Shown here piece by piece: positions 1 through 9,396 of a DNA stretch of 64,000 nucleotides. Position 1 is the stretch's first letter, and each line of letters starts with the position of its first letter. Both the position numbers and the translations under genes were made by a program. The notes beneath the pieces are model-generated. The model did not search any database and was not told where the DNA came from. It saw only the letters and a program-made list of their open reading frames with translations. The stretch is from contig CBDBBI010000010.1 of the NCBI GenBank assembly GCA_965202625.1, positions 2,368,001-2,432,000 of the forward strand, written 5' to 3'. The DNA is from a bacterium (lineage in GTDB: Bacteria; UBA8248).

Positions 1-1
1 G

Positions 2-100
2 GCGACGCCCGAGCTGGGCGCGCACACGGAGGAGATTTTGAGGGAAATGGGATACGATGCGGATGCGATAAGCGAATTGCGGGCTGCTGGCATCGTCTGA
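2..100 (+). CDS. 3' end of CaiB/BaiF (family III) CoA-transferase, partial
   Basis: Frame from base 2 reads [32 protein letters not shown], the typical C-terminus of this family; compare the paralog at 34859 ([17 protein letters not shown]). Confidence 0.8.
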   Translation, partial: ATPELGAHTEEILREMGYDADAISELRAAGIV

Positions 101-142
101 AAATTACTTGTCCCCTGCGGGGCGCAACGGGTGGAGTGTGGA

Positions 143-937
143 ATGCGGTTATCGACTCAGAAGATGGCGTTTGAGGCGGACGCGGGAATCGGCTGGATGA
201 CGTTCAACAATCCGGAGCGGAGAAACGCGCTCTCGCTGGAGATGTGGGGAGGGATGACAGAGATACTCCGGGGCTTCGAGGCGGACGAGGCGGTCCGCGT
301 CGTGGTGATGCGGGGTGCGGGCGAGAAGGCGTTCGTCTCGGGCGCCGACATCTCCCAGTTTGCGAAGAACAGGAGCAACGCGGAGCAGGCCGCCGAATAC
401 ACGCGGGTCTCGGAGGAGGCCAAGGACATCATGGCGGCCATGAAAAAGCCCATCATCGCCATGATTCGGGGTTATTGCCTGGGCGGCGGTCTGGGCGTCG
501 CCCTTCAGGCCGACATTCGTGTCGCCTCGGGGGATGCGCAGTTCGGCATTCCAGCCGGGCGCCTCGGCATCGCCTATGATTTCGGCAGCCTCAAGCGGCT
601 CGTCGATCTGGTGGGGCCGGCGAAGGCGAAGGAGATACTCTTCACGGCCAGGCGCGTCCCTGCGGCGAAGGCGCTTGAAATCGGGTTGGTGAACGATGTC
701 GTTCCGGCTGATGAACTGGAGGACGCTGTGGTGGAGATGGCGTCCTCCATCTCGGAGAACGCCCCGCTCTCGGTCAAAGCGTCGAAGCTCACGATCGGCG
801 AAGTGGTGAAAGACGGCAGAGAGCGCGACTTCGAGATGATCGACCGGCTCTCGCAGGAATGTTTCGACAGCGCGGATTACAAAGAGGGCCGCACGGCGTT
901 CATGGAGAAGAGAAAGCCCGTGTTCACGGGAAAGTAG
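143..937 (+). CDS. Enoyl-CoA hydratase/isomerase (crotonase family)
   Basis: NNPERRNAL, AFVSGADISQF, GYCLGGG, DYKEGRTAFMEKRKPVFTGK motifs; start ATG 143 or GTG 131. Confidence 0.92.
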   Translation: MRLSTQKMAFEADAGIGWMTFNNPERRNALSLEMWGGMTEILRGFEADEAVRVVVMRGAGEKAFVSGADISQFAKNRSNAEQAAEYTRVSEEAKDIMAAMKKPIIAMIRGYCLGGGLGVALQADIRVASGDAQFGIPAGRLGIAYDFGSLKRLVDLVGPAKAKEILFTARRVPAAKALEIGLVNDVVPADELEDAVVEMASSISENAPLSVKASKLTIGEVVKDGRERDFEMIDRLSQECFDSADYKEGRTAFMEKRKPVFTGK

Positions 938-1141
938 AGTGCCAGAGGGAGTTGGAAAGGATGAGAGATGAAGCATATGCGGACGTTCTTTCTCCCATCG
1001 GCGCACCCAGAAGCAGCCGCGCCCACTGGCTCCCTGACCTGGGACGCTTGAGGCGCGCTTGCGCGGCGTTTGAACGCTTTTCTCGCCTCGGCGGATTGCG
1101 GGTGATCTTCCTTTCCACTCCCATCGAAGCGATCTGCTCTG

Positions 1142-2821
1142 CTACCCATAAGCCCCGGGCGCCAGGGCGTTGATGTCCGTGAGGACATCCAGAATCACGG
1201 GGCCGTCGCCGCTCATCTGAAACGCCTTGTCGAGCGCGCCTTCGAGCTCGCGCGCCCGTTCCACGCGAATGCTCTCAGCGCCCATGGATTTGGCGATGGC
1301 GCCGAAGTCCGTCGGGTTGAAATGCCACAGCTCATGCGCCCGCCCATGCTGTTTTCCGCCGTAGGCGTCGTCAAAAATCTTCGTCTCCTGGTTCTGGGAG
1401 CCGTTGTTGTTCACGATGACGACCACGCCCATCTTCCAGCGCACGGCCGTCTCCAGCTCCGCGACGTGATACCAAAAGCCCGCATCACCGGTGAACAGAA
1501 CCACGGGGCGCTCGGGCGCCGCGCATTTCGCTCCCAGTGCTGCGGGAAACCCCCAGCCGAGGTGCCCGGCGGCGCGCATGAAGCTGATTCCAGGGCTCTT
1601 GAGGTCGAGGTAGCCGCCCGTCCACATACCAGAATGTCCCGTGTCGGCGAGCACGATCGCATCCGAGGGGAGACGCTCGCCCAGCGTCTTGCAGATGCGC
1701 TCGGGGCGGAGGGGCGAGGCGTCCGAATCAAGCAGCTGTGCGAACTCCGCTCGCCAAGCCGTCCCGACTTCCGCCACGCGCGCGCGCCATTCCTCTCTCT
1801 CCGGCTCCGGCTTCGCCGCTTCGATCATCTTCTGGAGGGAGATTTTCGCGTCCCCCATGATCGACGCCTTAAGCGGGTAGTTACGCCCCAGCTCCTCCGG
1901 ATCGACGTCAAGTTGAACGGCGGGGACGCCGATCTTCGGCACCCGCCAGAAGTGGGTGGTCATGCCGCCGGTCTGGGTGCCGATGAAGAAGACGAGGTCA
2001 GCTTCCGATACGAGCTGGTTCGCGCTTCGCCGTGAATAGGTTCCCACCACGCCGACCGAGAGGGGGTGATCGCCCGGAATTGATTCCTTGCCGTTCATGG
2101 AGGTGGCGACGGGAATTTTGAGTTTCTCGGCGAAGGCGACCAGTTCCGCGTTCGCGCGGGAGGCGCGCACGCCGCCGCCCGCCACGATGATGGGCCGCTC
2201 GGCTGAACGAATCACCTCTAACGCCCGGGTGACGATCTCTGGCGCGGGTTCGGGCCGGTAGGCGGGCGCGCGCTTGAAATTCTCCTCCACGATGAGCTCC
2301 AAATCCGCCTCTTCCTGCTCCACCTGTCCAAGGTTGCCGCCGAAGCGCAGGTGCACCGGTCCTGGCGTTCCCGAGGTGGCGGCGCGGAAGGCTTGCCTCA
2401 GCATGTCTGGAAAGCGCGCGACGGTCTCCACCGTCGCGTTCCACTTCGTCACCGGGTCGAACGCGCTGACGTCCTCAACCTCCTGATAGGCGTTGCGGTA
2501 GCGAATTTGCGGCGTGGTGCCGCCCGTGAACGCAATGACGGGCGCGCAGGCGAGGTGGGCGTCCCTGAGCCCGGCCGCCAGGTTCACGCCGCCCACGATC
2601 TGCGCCATGCACACTCCGGGTCGCCCCGAGGCGCGGGCGTAGCCGTCCGCCATGTAGGCTGCGGCCTTCTCCCCGTGCGTGAGGATGCGGGCGATGTTCG
2701 TCCCGCGCGCCTCCATCTGGGCGAGGGAGTGGCTCAATATCGTTGGCACGAAGAAAACGTGGGTGACTCCGTAGGCGTGAAGGGCGTCAGCCATGAACTG
2801 CGCCCCGCTCATCTTGGGCAT
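1142..2821 (-). CDS. Thiamine diphosphate-binding enzyme (acetolactate synthase large subunit-like)
   Basis: HGEKAAAYMADGYARASG; ThDP motif GDAGF...NN; 559 aa. Confidence 0.9.
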   Translation of the reverse strand: MPKMSGAQFMADALHAYGVTHVFFVPTILSHSLAQMEARGTNIARILTHGEKAAAYMADGYARASGRPGVCMAQIVGGVNLAAGLRDAHLACAPVIAFTGGTTPQIRYRNAYQEVEDVSAFDPVTKWNATVETVARFPDMLRQAFRAATSGTPGPVHLRFGGNLGQVEQEEADLELIVEENFKRAPAYRPEPAPEIVTRALEVIRSAERPIIVAGGGVRASRANAELVAFAEKLKIPVATSMNGKESIPGDHPLSVGVVGTYSRRSANQLVSEADLVFFIGTQTGGMTTHFWRVPKIGVPAVQLDVDPEELGRNYPLKASIMGDAKISLQKMIEAAKPEPEREEWRARVAEVGTAWRAEFAQLLDSDASPLRPERICKTLGERLPSDAIVLADTGHSGMWTGGYLDLKSPGISFMRAAGHLGWGFPAALGAKCAAPERPVVLFTGDAGFWYHVAELETAVRWKMGVVVIVNNNGSQNQETKIFDDAYGGKQHGRAHELWHFNPTDFGAIAKSMGAESIRVERARELEGALDKAFQMSGDGPVILDVLTDINALAPGAYG

Positions 2822-2872
2822 GCTTGTCTGTCCTCTAAAGTGTGAATGGGCGAAGAAGGAGAAGCGATGGAA

Positions 2873-3670
2873 TCATGAAATCTGAATGATGCGCCGGGCC
2901 TCCTCGACGCTGGCGACCTTCCGGCCCAGTTCTTTTGCGATGCGCGCGATGCGCGCGACGTGATCCGCGTTTTCGCCCAGCGCGCCTGGGTGGAGGTAGG
3001 GCTCATCCTCGGTGCCCACCCGGACATGGCCGCCGGCCATTACCGCCATGGCCTGTATGTGAATGTGCGTCGGGCCGGTGGCGCTGGCGATGTATATCGA
3101 ATCCTCCGGCAGGTTCGCCACGCGGTGGAGAAACTCGCTCATCGAGGGGGGCGACCAGGCCCCGCCCGGACGCCCGAAGAAGCACGTCATTAGAATGGGA
3201 GTCTCCACCAGCCCTTTTTGCAGCAAGTCGTCGATCATCCAGGTCTCGCCCAAGGAGAACACCTCGAATTCGGGCTTGACGCCGTAGTCCCTGCACAGCC
3301 GCATCATCTCGGCGAGTTCCTCCCGAGGGTGAAGCATCATCACGTCGCGCGAGACGAAGGCCATGTTGTGCGCGCCCACGGCGACGGATATCATCTCGGG
3401 ATGGTTCTTCACCACTTCCTTGCGCTGGTCCACCGTCTGCGTGGATATGCCGTATTGGATCATGACGCCGCACCTGTCCCGAATGGCCTTTGAGTGAGAC
3501 GCCCAGGCTTCGTAGTTTGCGGGGGGCGCGTGAATGTGGGCGATGCAGGAACCTTCGCGGTGCGCCTTTTCCACCGAATCGGCGAGAGCGTCTGAATTTG
3601 AGAGGCGTGGCGCCACCCCCTCGTGCATCAAGGTGTCCGCCGCGCAGTTGGTTATCATGAGTTTCTCCAT
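2873..3670 (-). CDS. Beta-keto acid cleavage enzyme (BKACE / 3-keto-5-aminohexanoate cleavage family)
   Basis: AHIH metal motif, GVKPEFEVF, GGHVRVGTED, ELGRKVASVEEARRII. Confidence 0.88.
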   Translation of the reverse strand: MEKLMITNCAADTLMHEGVAPRLSNSDALADSVEKAHREGSCIAHIHAPPANYEAWASHSKAIRDRCGVMIQYGISTQTVDQRKEVVKNHPEMISVAVGAHNMAFVSRDVMMLHPREELAEMMRLCRDYGVKPEFEVFSLGETWMIDDLLQKGLVETPILMTCFFGRPGGAWSPPSMSEFLHRVANLPEDSIYIASATGPTHIHIQAMAVMAGGHVRVGTEDEPYLHPGALGENADHVARIARIAKELGRKVASVEEARRIIQIS

Positions 3671-3710
3671 CCCTGTGCTCCCTCCCCCTGACGCCCCTGC
3701 GCGGTTCTCC

Positions 3711-4484
3711 CTAGTCCATGGAGCCTTCCACGTAGAGGAGGTTTCGGATTCTCTGCGTGAGCTCGACGAAGGTTTCGTCCCCCATGGTGGAGAGCGAGCG
3801 TGGACGCGGAATGTCGACGTGGATGATCTCGGAGATGCGGCCCGGCCTCGGCGTCATGACGATTACGCGGTCGCCCAGGAATACGGCCTCCGGAATCGAA
3901 TGGGTGATGAAAAACACGGTCTTTTTGCTCTCCAGCCAGATTCGTTGAAGCTCAAGATTCATCTGCTCCCTAGTCATGGCGTCGAGTGCGCCGAATGGCT
4001 CGTCCATCAGCAAAACGCTCGGGTCGTGTATGAGCGCCCGGATGATGGCGTTTCGTTGGCGCATCCCGCCCGAGAGTTCATGGGGATATTTGTCCTCGAA
4101 ACCGTCGAGGCCCACCAGCCGGATGAGCGCATGGGCGCGGGGAAGCATTTTTTTGGCGTCCAGCCCCAGAATCTCCGCGGGCAGCATGGTGTTCTGGAGC
4201 ACGTTGCGCCACAGGAGGAGAACGGGGTCCTGAAAGACGATTCCCACGTCGTTGCGGGGGCCGTTGATGGGCGTGTTCTTGAGCGCGCAGCTTCCGGAAG
4301 TCTTGGCGAGCAGACCGCCCAGAATCTTGAGGAGGGTGCTCTTTCCGCAGCCGCTTGGGCCGACCACGGAGATGAACTCGCCCTCGTCGACGTCGAAGCT
4401 GACGTCGGCCAGTGCGCGCACGATCTCACGGCTCGCCGTGACGTATTCCTTCTCCAGATGCGCTACCGAAATGTATGCGTTCAT
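3711..4484 (-). CDS. NitT/TauT-family ABC transporter ATP-binding protein
   Basis: GPSGCGKST, LSGGMRQR, LLMDEPFGALD, ITH. Confidence 0.95.
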   Translation of the reverse strand: MNAYISVAHLEKEYVTASREIVRALADVSFDVDEGEFISVVGPSGCGKSTLLKILGGLLAKTSGSCALKNTPINGPRNDVGIVFQDPVLLLWRNVLQNTMLPAEILGLDAKKMLPRAHALIRLVGLDGFEDKYPHELSGGMRQRNAIIRALIHDPSVLLMDEPFGALDAMTREQMNLELQRIWLESKKTVFFITHSIPEAVFLGDRVIVMTPRPGRISEIIHVDIPRPRSLSTMGDETFVELTQRIRNLLYVEGSMD

Positions 4485-4553
4485 GTTCTCCTGAAACCCC
4501 CGCAGGAGAGGAATACTCTCCGACGAGGGCGGTTTCCTCGAAAACGCTCTCCG

Positions 4554-5462
4554 CTAGGCGCCCATCGTCTTATCCGTCTCCGGCGCCCAGAAGAGCACTT
4601 TTTTCTTCACGAAGCGCACCACTTGGTGCATTCCCAGCCCCATGACGGATAGGATCGCCAGAATGGCGAATGTGCCCGTGGTGTCGCTGCTGAAGCTCAT
4701 CTGCATTAGCAGTATCCCCAGGCCGCACTGGCCGCGCCCTCCCCACATGCATTGGCCGGCGCCCACGAACTCGCCGAGAATCGCGCCCAGAAGGCTGAAC
4801 ACCACCGCGATCTCGAAACCGGCGAAGATGAAGGGCAGCGCGTTGGGAAACTGCATCTTCCAGAACGTCTGCCAACGCGAGGCGGAGAGCGAGCGCATGA
4901 GGTCGAGCTGATCCGCAGCGGCTGATTTCAGCCCTACCATGGTGTTCACCAAGAGCGGGAAAAACGCCACGAGGCCGGCCAGAAAGATTTTCGACTTCAC
5001 CTCGTAGCCGAACCAGATGATGAACAAAGGCGCGATGGCGAGCTTCGGCAGGGTTTGAAACGCCACCACGTAGGGCATGACGATAGCCTCGACCCATTTT
5101 GACTGCATAAAGGCCAGTCCAAGCCCCAGACCAATCAGGCTTCCCATGAAAAAGCCCATGACGGCCTCGAACAAGGTGTGGCTGATGTGGTTGTAGAAGC
5201 TGGTCTTCATCAGCCCCATGAAGTCGGCCGCGCCGAGTTGGTCGCCCGCGTCGTAGAAGAACAGACCGCGCAAAAGCGCCATGGCGACTCCCGACGGGGC
5301 CGGAAAGATGAAATCGTCCACCTCGAAGTGGCGCACCGTCCACTCCCACGCTATCAGCAGCAGCACGAAAGAGACGCCGAACAGGAGATAGGGTCTTTGC
5401 AGCAGCGTCTCGGAGAGCGAGGGGCCGCGCGCGTTCTTGGCCGGTTCGTCGTTGGTTTTCAT
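4554..5462 (-). CDS. NitT/TauT-family ABC transporter permease
   Basis: FPAPSGV, PKLAIAPLFIIWFG, EAA-like loop LMRSLSASRWQTFWK, multiple hydrophobic segments. Confidence 0.92.
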   Translation of the reverse strand: MKTNDEPAKNARGPSLSETLLQRPYLLFGVSFVLLLIAWEWTVRHFEVDDFIFPAPSGVAMALLRGLFFYDAGDQLGAADFMGLMKTSFYNHISHTLFEAVMGFFMGSLIGLGLGLAFMQSKWVEAIVMPYVVAFQTLPKLAIAPLFIIWFGYEVKSKIFLAGLVAFFPLLVNTMVGLKSAAADQLDLMRSLSASRWQTFWKMQFPNALPFIFAGFEIAVVFSLLGAILGEFVGAGQCMWGGRGQCGLGILLMQMSFSSDTTGTFAILAILSVMGLGMHQVVRFVKKKVLFWAPETDKTMGA

Positions 5463-5475
5463 TCCGCCTTCCCCG

Positions 5476-6627
5476 TTATTTTTGCATCCGCATCATCGCC
5501 TGGAAGTGCTTCATCTCCTTGGCGAAGTCGAAATTCCTTGCGCGCTGGATGACCTCGTTGCGGTCGAAATCGTTGACTTCGTCGATCAGATCGTTCGTGT
5601 AGAGGGATTTCACCTGCGCGTCGCTCAGCTTCTTGTCGAGGCCCACGAATTTCACGTACTCCTCCCACTCGCCGTCGTGGTGCGCGCCGAACTTGTCGAT
5701 TTTCTCATCGTCCAGGCGCAGCTTCGGCGCGCGCGCCTTGAGCACTTTGATCATCAGGGCGGTGGCCTGCTCGTCGCTCATGCCCTTGGGTTTCGACTCA
5801 GGATAGAGCACCCAGTGAATTCGGAGCGCCGCCTCGGGGTTCGTGTAGAAGAACAGGCTGCCCTGGGCCAGACCGCGCAAGAAGCCCACGACGGTTTTTC
5901 GGTTGTTCGCCAGATACTCCTTGTTGATCCAGACCACGTTGCCGAACAGATTCTGGGTCCATTTCTCCTGGTAGGGGATGACGTCGAATTGGAAACCCCG
6001 CGCGCGCGCCAGAGTGTATTGAATGTCCACGTTCGCCCAGGCGTCCACGCGGCCGAGCTTCATGGCGGTGGCCGCCTGGGAGACCGGCCCGACGGGGAGG
6101 TAGGTCACCTCTTGTTTGGCGGCGGGGATTCCGCAGGTCTCCAGCGCTTTTCTCACGAAAATGGGGCCGGAGTCGCGTTGGCTCATGACGCCCACCTTTT
6201 TGCCCTGCAAGTCGCAGACGGATTTGATCTTGCTGCCCGGCGGCACCGCCACGCCGTCGGTGTAGATGGAGTCTCGGTTCAGGATATAGACCCCCTTCAC
6301 GGGGGGCATCTTCTGCCCGCGCGCGGCGCGGAAGAGGATGGGGATAGGTCTTGGCAGACCGACGTGGGTGCGGCCGGAAAGCACCCAGCCCATTGCCTGC
6401 GCCCCGCCCTGGGCGGCGACGAACTGGGCGTCCACGCCGTTTTCCTGATAATAGCCGAGGAAGTTTCCGATCCACAGAAAAGAGAGTCCCGGGTTGAAGA
6501 GCGGGTTGGCCATGGTCACCTTGATGTTCTGGAGTTCCTTCGCGGCGGCCGAGGGGGCCGGCCACCAAGCCAAGAACGCGCACAGGGCCGCAATGGCGAG
6601 AGTGAATCGACGCTTTTTCATGAACAT
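5476..6627 (-). CDS. ABC substrate-binding protein (NMT1/THI5-SsuA-like)
   Basis: Signal peptide (..APSAAA/KE), GYYQENGVD, DLQGKKVGV; operon context. Confidence 0.85.
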   Translation of the reverse strand: MFMKKRRFTLAIAALCAFLAWWPAPSAAAKELQNIKVTMANPLFNPGLSFLWIGNFLGYYQENGVDAQFVAAQGGAQAMGWVLSGRTHVGLPRPIPILFRAARGQKMPPVKGVYILNRDSIYTDGVAVPPGSKIKSVCDLQGKKVGVMSQRDSGPIFVRKALETCGIPAAKQEVTYLPVGPVSQAATAMKLGRVDAWANVDIQYTLARARGFQFDVIPYQEKWTQNLFGNVVWINKEYLANNRKTVVGFLRGLAQGSLFFYTNPEAALRIHWVLYPESKPKGMSDEQATALMIKVLKARAPKLRLDDEKIDKFGAHHDGEWEEYVKFVGLDKKLSDAQVKSLYTNDLIDEVNDFDRNEVIQRARNFDFAKEMKHFQAMMRMQK

Positions 6628-6667
6628 ATCCTCCCGTGAGGGTTCTGGTTTCGTGAAAATTCCTCGT

Positions 6668-7435
6668 TCAATCCTCCACTATCGCAACCGGACGCACCCA
6701 TGCGCCGCTCGCGTCCTTCACGTTGATGGGGAAGCAACAGACCTTGAAGCCGTGGGGCCGGGGTATCGCGCCGATGTTGGCGATCTGCTCGATCTGGAAA
6801 TACTCGCGTCGCCTGCCTAGAATATGGTGGCAGGGCATCAGCGATTCGCGCTTTCCCGCCTTGAACTCGGGAATCTGGAAGCTGAAGGGCCTATCGAAAC
6901 CGAAAGCGTCGATGGCGATGACGCGCACTCCTCTATCCAGGAGGTACTCCGTCGCCGGAATGCCCATGCCCGGATGCAGCTCGGGGTAATCGGGACTGTC
7001 CCGATGGGCGTCGGTGCCCGTCCACAGGAGGGCGATGTCGCCCGCCTTGACCTGATAGTCAATTCGGGCGAGACGTTCCTCGATATCCTCTTCCGTTATC
7101 CATTCGCCCGTCTTCTTCTGCCTCAGGTCGAGAACCACGCCGTCCCCGTAGCACCATTCGAGCGGGATCTGGTCGATTTTTCGCGCGGGCGCGCCCGCCA
7201 CGGTGGGGCCATAGTGCCAGGGGGCGTCCATGTGGGTGGCCGAGTGCGTGGAGACGGTGACGAACTCCGCCGCCCCGCCCACGCCGTCGTGCAGCGCCTC
7301 CATCGGAAGCCCCCAGCCCTGGGCGGAGCGCGCCCCGAACTCCTCGTGATCGAGATAGGTGACCTCAGGGGGGCGCGGCTCGTTCGATCCGTTCATGATG
7401 GGGGTGCTCAAGTCAATGAATCTCGTCGCGCACAT
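6668..7435 (-). CDS. Cyclase family metal-dependent hydrolase (kynurenine formamidase-like)
   Basis: IDLSTPI, HSATHMDAPWH (HxxTHxDAPxH); start taken at ATG 7435 (MCATRFIDLS). Confidence 0.9.
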   Translation of the reverse strand: MCATRFIDLSTPIMNGSNEPRPPEVTYLDHEEFGARSAQGWGLPMEALHDGVGGAAEFVTVSTHSATHMDAPWHYGPTVAGAPARKIDQIPLEWCYGDGVVLDLRQKKTGEWITEEDIEERLARIDYQVKAGDIALLWTGTDAHRDSPDYPELHPGMGIPATEYLLDRGVRVIAIDAFGFDRPFSFQIPEFKAGKRESLMPCHHILGRRREYFQIEQIANIGAIPRPHGFKVCCFPINVKDASGAWVRPVAIVED

Positions 7436-7478
7436 GGGTGAAATCCTTCGCTGAGGGGCAGTCCGCTCGCGCGGAACC

Positions 7479-8714
7479 CTATAGGGCCCAGAGTTTTCTC
7501 TCCTGCGGGTAGATGAACTCATAACCGGTCTCGGTGACCACGATGGTTTTCTCGATTTGCGTGCCCCCCATGCCGAATATCTGGCAGGGGTTTTCGATGC
7601 ACAGCGTGGTGCCCGCCTCAAGCGGGAAATCGCTTGATTCCGGCAGGAAGGGGCTGCCCTGCGGGGCGGGCGCAGACAGCACGTAGGGCACCTCGCGCTG
7701 CTCAAGGCCGATGGCGTGGCCCGCGAAGTTGCCGTTGTGCTCGGGCAGTCCCGCCGCGCGCGTGGTCTCAAGCATGGTCCGGTGGATGTGGGAGCCGCGC
7801 ACGCCTACTTTCACCTGCGCGAGCGCGGCTTCGAATCCCTCCTCCGTCGCTTTCCACAAATCGCGCTGCGCCCGGGTCGGCTCGCCCAGCACGCCCCCCC
7901 AGCCGGTGTCCCCCTGGTAGTTGTCGAGGACGAGACCCGCGTCGAACTTCCACATCTCTCCTTTGGCGATCTTCTTGTCCGTCGGCGGGAATATGCCCGT
8001 CGCACGGCGGCCCGAGCAGAAGTGAAACCATTGCCATTTGCCGCCCATGCGCCCGACTTCCGCGGCGAACACGGAGGCCGCCTCGCGCTCCGTCACGCCC
8101 TCGGCCACCGCGTTTGAGGCGGCGATTCCCGCCCGCTCGTTCACTTCGGCGGCCGCGGCGAGGGCGGCGATCTCGTCCGGCGTCTTCACCATGCGGACAA
8201 GGCGGAAGAAATCCGCAGCATCGACGATTTCCGCCTCTGGCAGTCCCGCTGCTATCTGTGCGCGGACGCCTGGCGTCACGCGTTCTTGGTCCAGCGCGAG
8301 CCGCGCCTTCGAAAGTCCGCGCTCCTTGAGAGCAAGAGCGAGCGCGGCGCCCGGGTGGGGCGCTCGCCTGGCGTCGTTGTTGTACATGCCGAGGTAGGTT
8401 TCCTCCTCAGGCGTCTGCGGTGCCTCTTCAGGCGGCTGGATGAGCGCGCTCTTGCCCCCGAAGGTGTAGAGGTCCTGTATCCAGGACTGCTGGGCGGAGA
8501 CGTAAGTGACCTCCTGTCCCGGAACGATGAGGGCGGGCGGCGTCCCCTCCTCGCACGCGAAGACGGCGAACATGTGCACGGAATAGGCGTAGACCTTGTT
8601 CGACCAGCCCACGGTCCCCGCCAGGTAGGTGACGTTCTCGGGCGTGGAGGCGATGAGGGCGTCGAAGCCGAAATCGGCCATCAGCCCCCGCGCCCGCTCT
8701 TCGTTCAGATACAT
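7479..8714 (-). CDS. M24 family (Xaa-Pro peptidase/creatinase-like) hydrolase
   Basis: N-terminal creatinase-like domain, RMVKTPDEI, metal ligands D..D, GHAIG, IENP, QIEKT. Confidence 0.88.
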   Translation of the reverse strand: MYLNEERARGLMADFGFDALIASTPENVTYLAGTVGWSNKVYAYSVHMFAVFACEEGTPPALIVPGQEVTYVSAQQSWIQDLYTFGGKSALIQPPEEAPQTPEEETYLGMYNNDARRAPHPGAALALALKERGLSKARLALDQERVTPGVRAQIAAGLPEAEIVDAADFFRLVRMVKTPDEIAALAAAAEVNERAGIAASNAVAEGVTEREAASVFAAEVGRMGGKWQWFHFCSGRRATGIFPPTDKKIAKGEMWKFDAGLVLDNYQGDTGWGGVLGEPTRAQRDLWKATEEGFEAALAQVKVGVRGSHIHRTMLETTRAAGLPEHNGNFAGHAIGLEQREVPYVLSAPAPQGSPFLPESSDFPLEAGTTLCIENPCQIFGMGGTQIEKTIVVTETGYEFIYPQERKLWAL

Positions 8715-8930
8715 GATGGGTTTCCTTGATCAGGGGGACTTATCCAGGGATGCCGGAGCGCGCCCACGGTGAACCGGGACGCTTCCATGCGGCCCATGTG
8801 ATTGTGATGATGCAAAAAGAATATCAAATCTCACGAAGCCTGAAAAGCTGAGAATAAAAGCGTAAAACGCGTTTCTTGAGAAAGCCGAAAAAATTTTCGC
8901 CGCAGACGCCGGCCGGAAGAACGTAGCCGG

Positions 8931-9020
8931 CAAAATCATTGCGAATGCCCTGGAAAAAGGGTCGCTGAAAAAGTCGCTCAAAGCAGGTCGTCGAGCGTGA
9001 TGGCGGCCGAGGGCGTCCGC
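8931..9020. repeat. Partial third copy of dispersed intergenic element B
   Basis: Shares CAAAATCATTGCGAA-like block and exact AGGTCGTCGAGCGTGATGGCGGC with the copy at 44508-44694; similar to 49928-50172. Confidence 0.7.
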
Positions 9021-9239
9021 GTCCATGCCGCGCGTGAGCATGAGGCTTTGGGAGGGTTGAGACACGCGCCAGAAGCGCAGCAGGTCGAAGGGGAGCGCCG
9101 GCCGACTCCGCCGTGCACGGTGCAAAGGTGCCGATGAGGAAATAGCCGCCGGAAAATTCGGAGATTTCTCCTCGCGTTCGGTAGAGGAAGCGGCAAATCT
9201 ACCTTCGCGCCGTTTTTTTGGCGATCTCCCGTTCGTGTG

Positions 9240-9268
9240 TTGACTTGCGGCGCATCGAAAATCATAAT
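9240..9268 (+). promoter_or_regulatory. Putative sigma70 promoter of aap operon
   Basis: TTGACT-17 nt-CATAAT about 130 nt upstream of aapJ. Confidence 0.55.
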
Positions 9269-9396
9269 TATCTCATGTTTCCAGAAGGATGCTTGGCGAG
9301 TGGAGGTTTTATTCCCGGGCGAGATGGGTATCGTTTATTCGGCATTATTTCAGGGTGATTTTTTAACTCGCATCAACCATAGGGAGGGGAGAGGAG

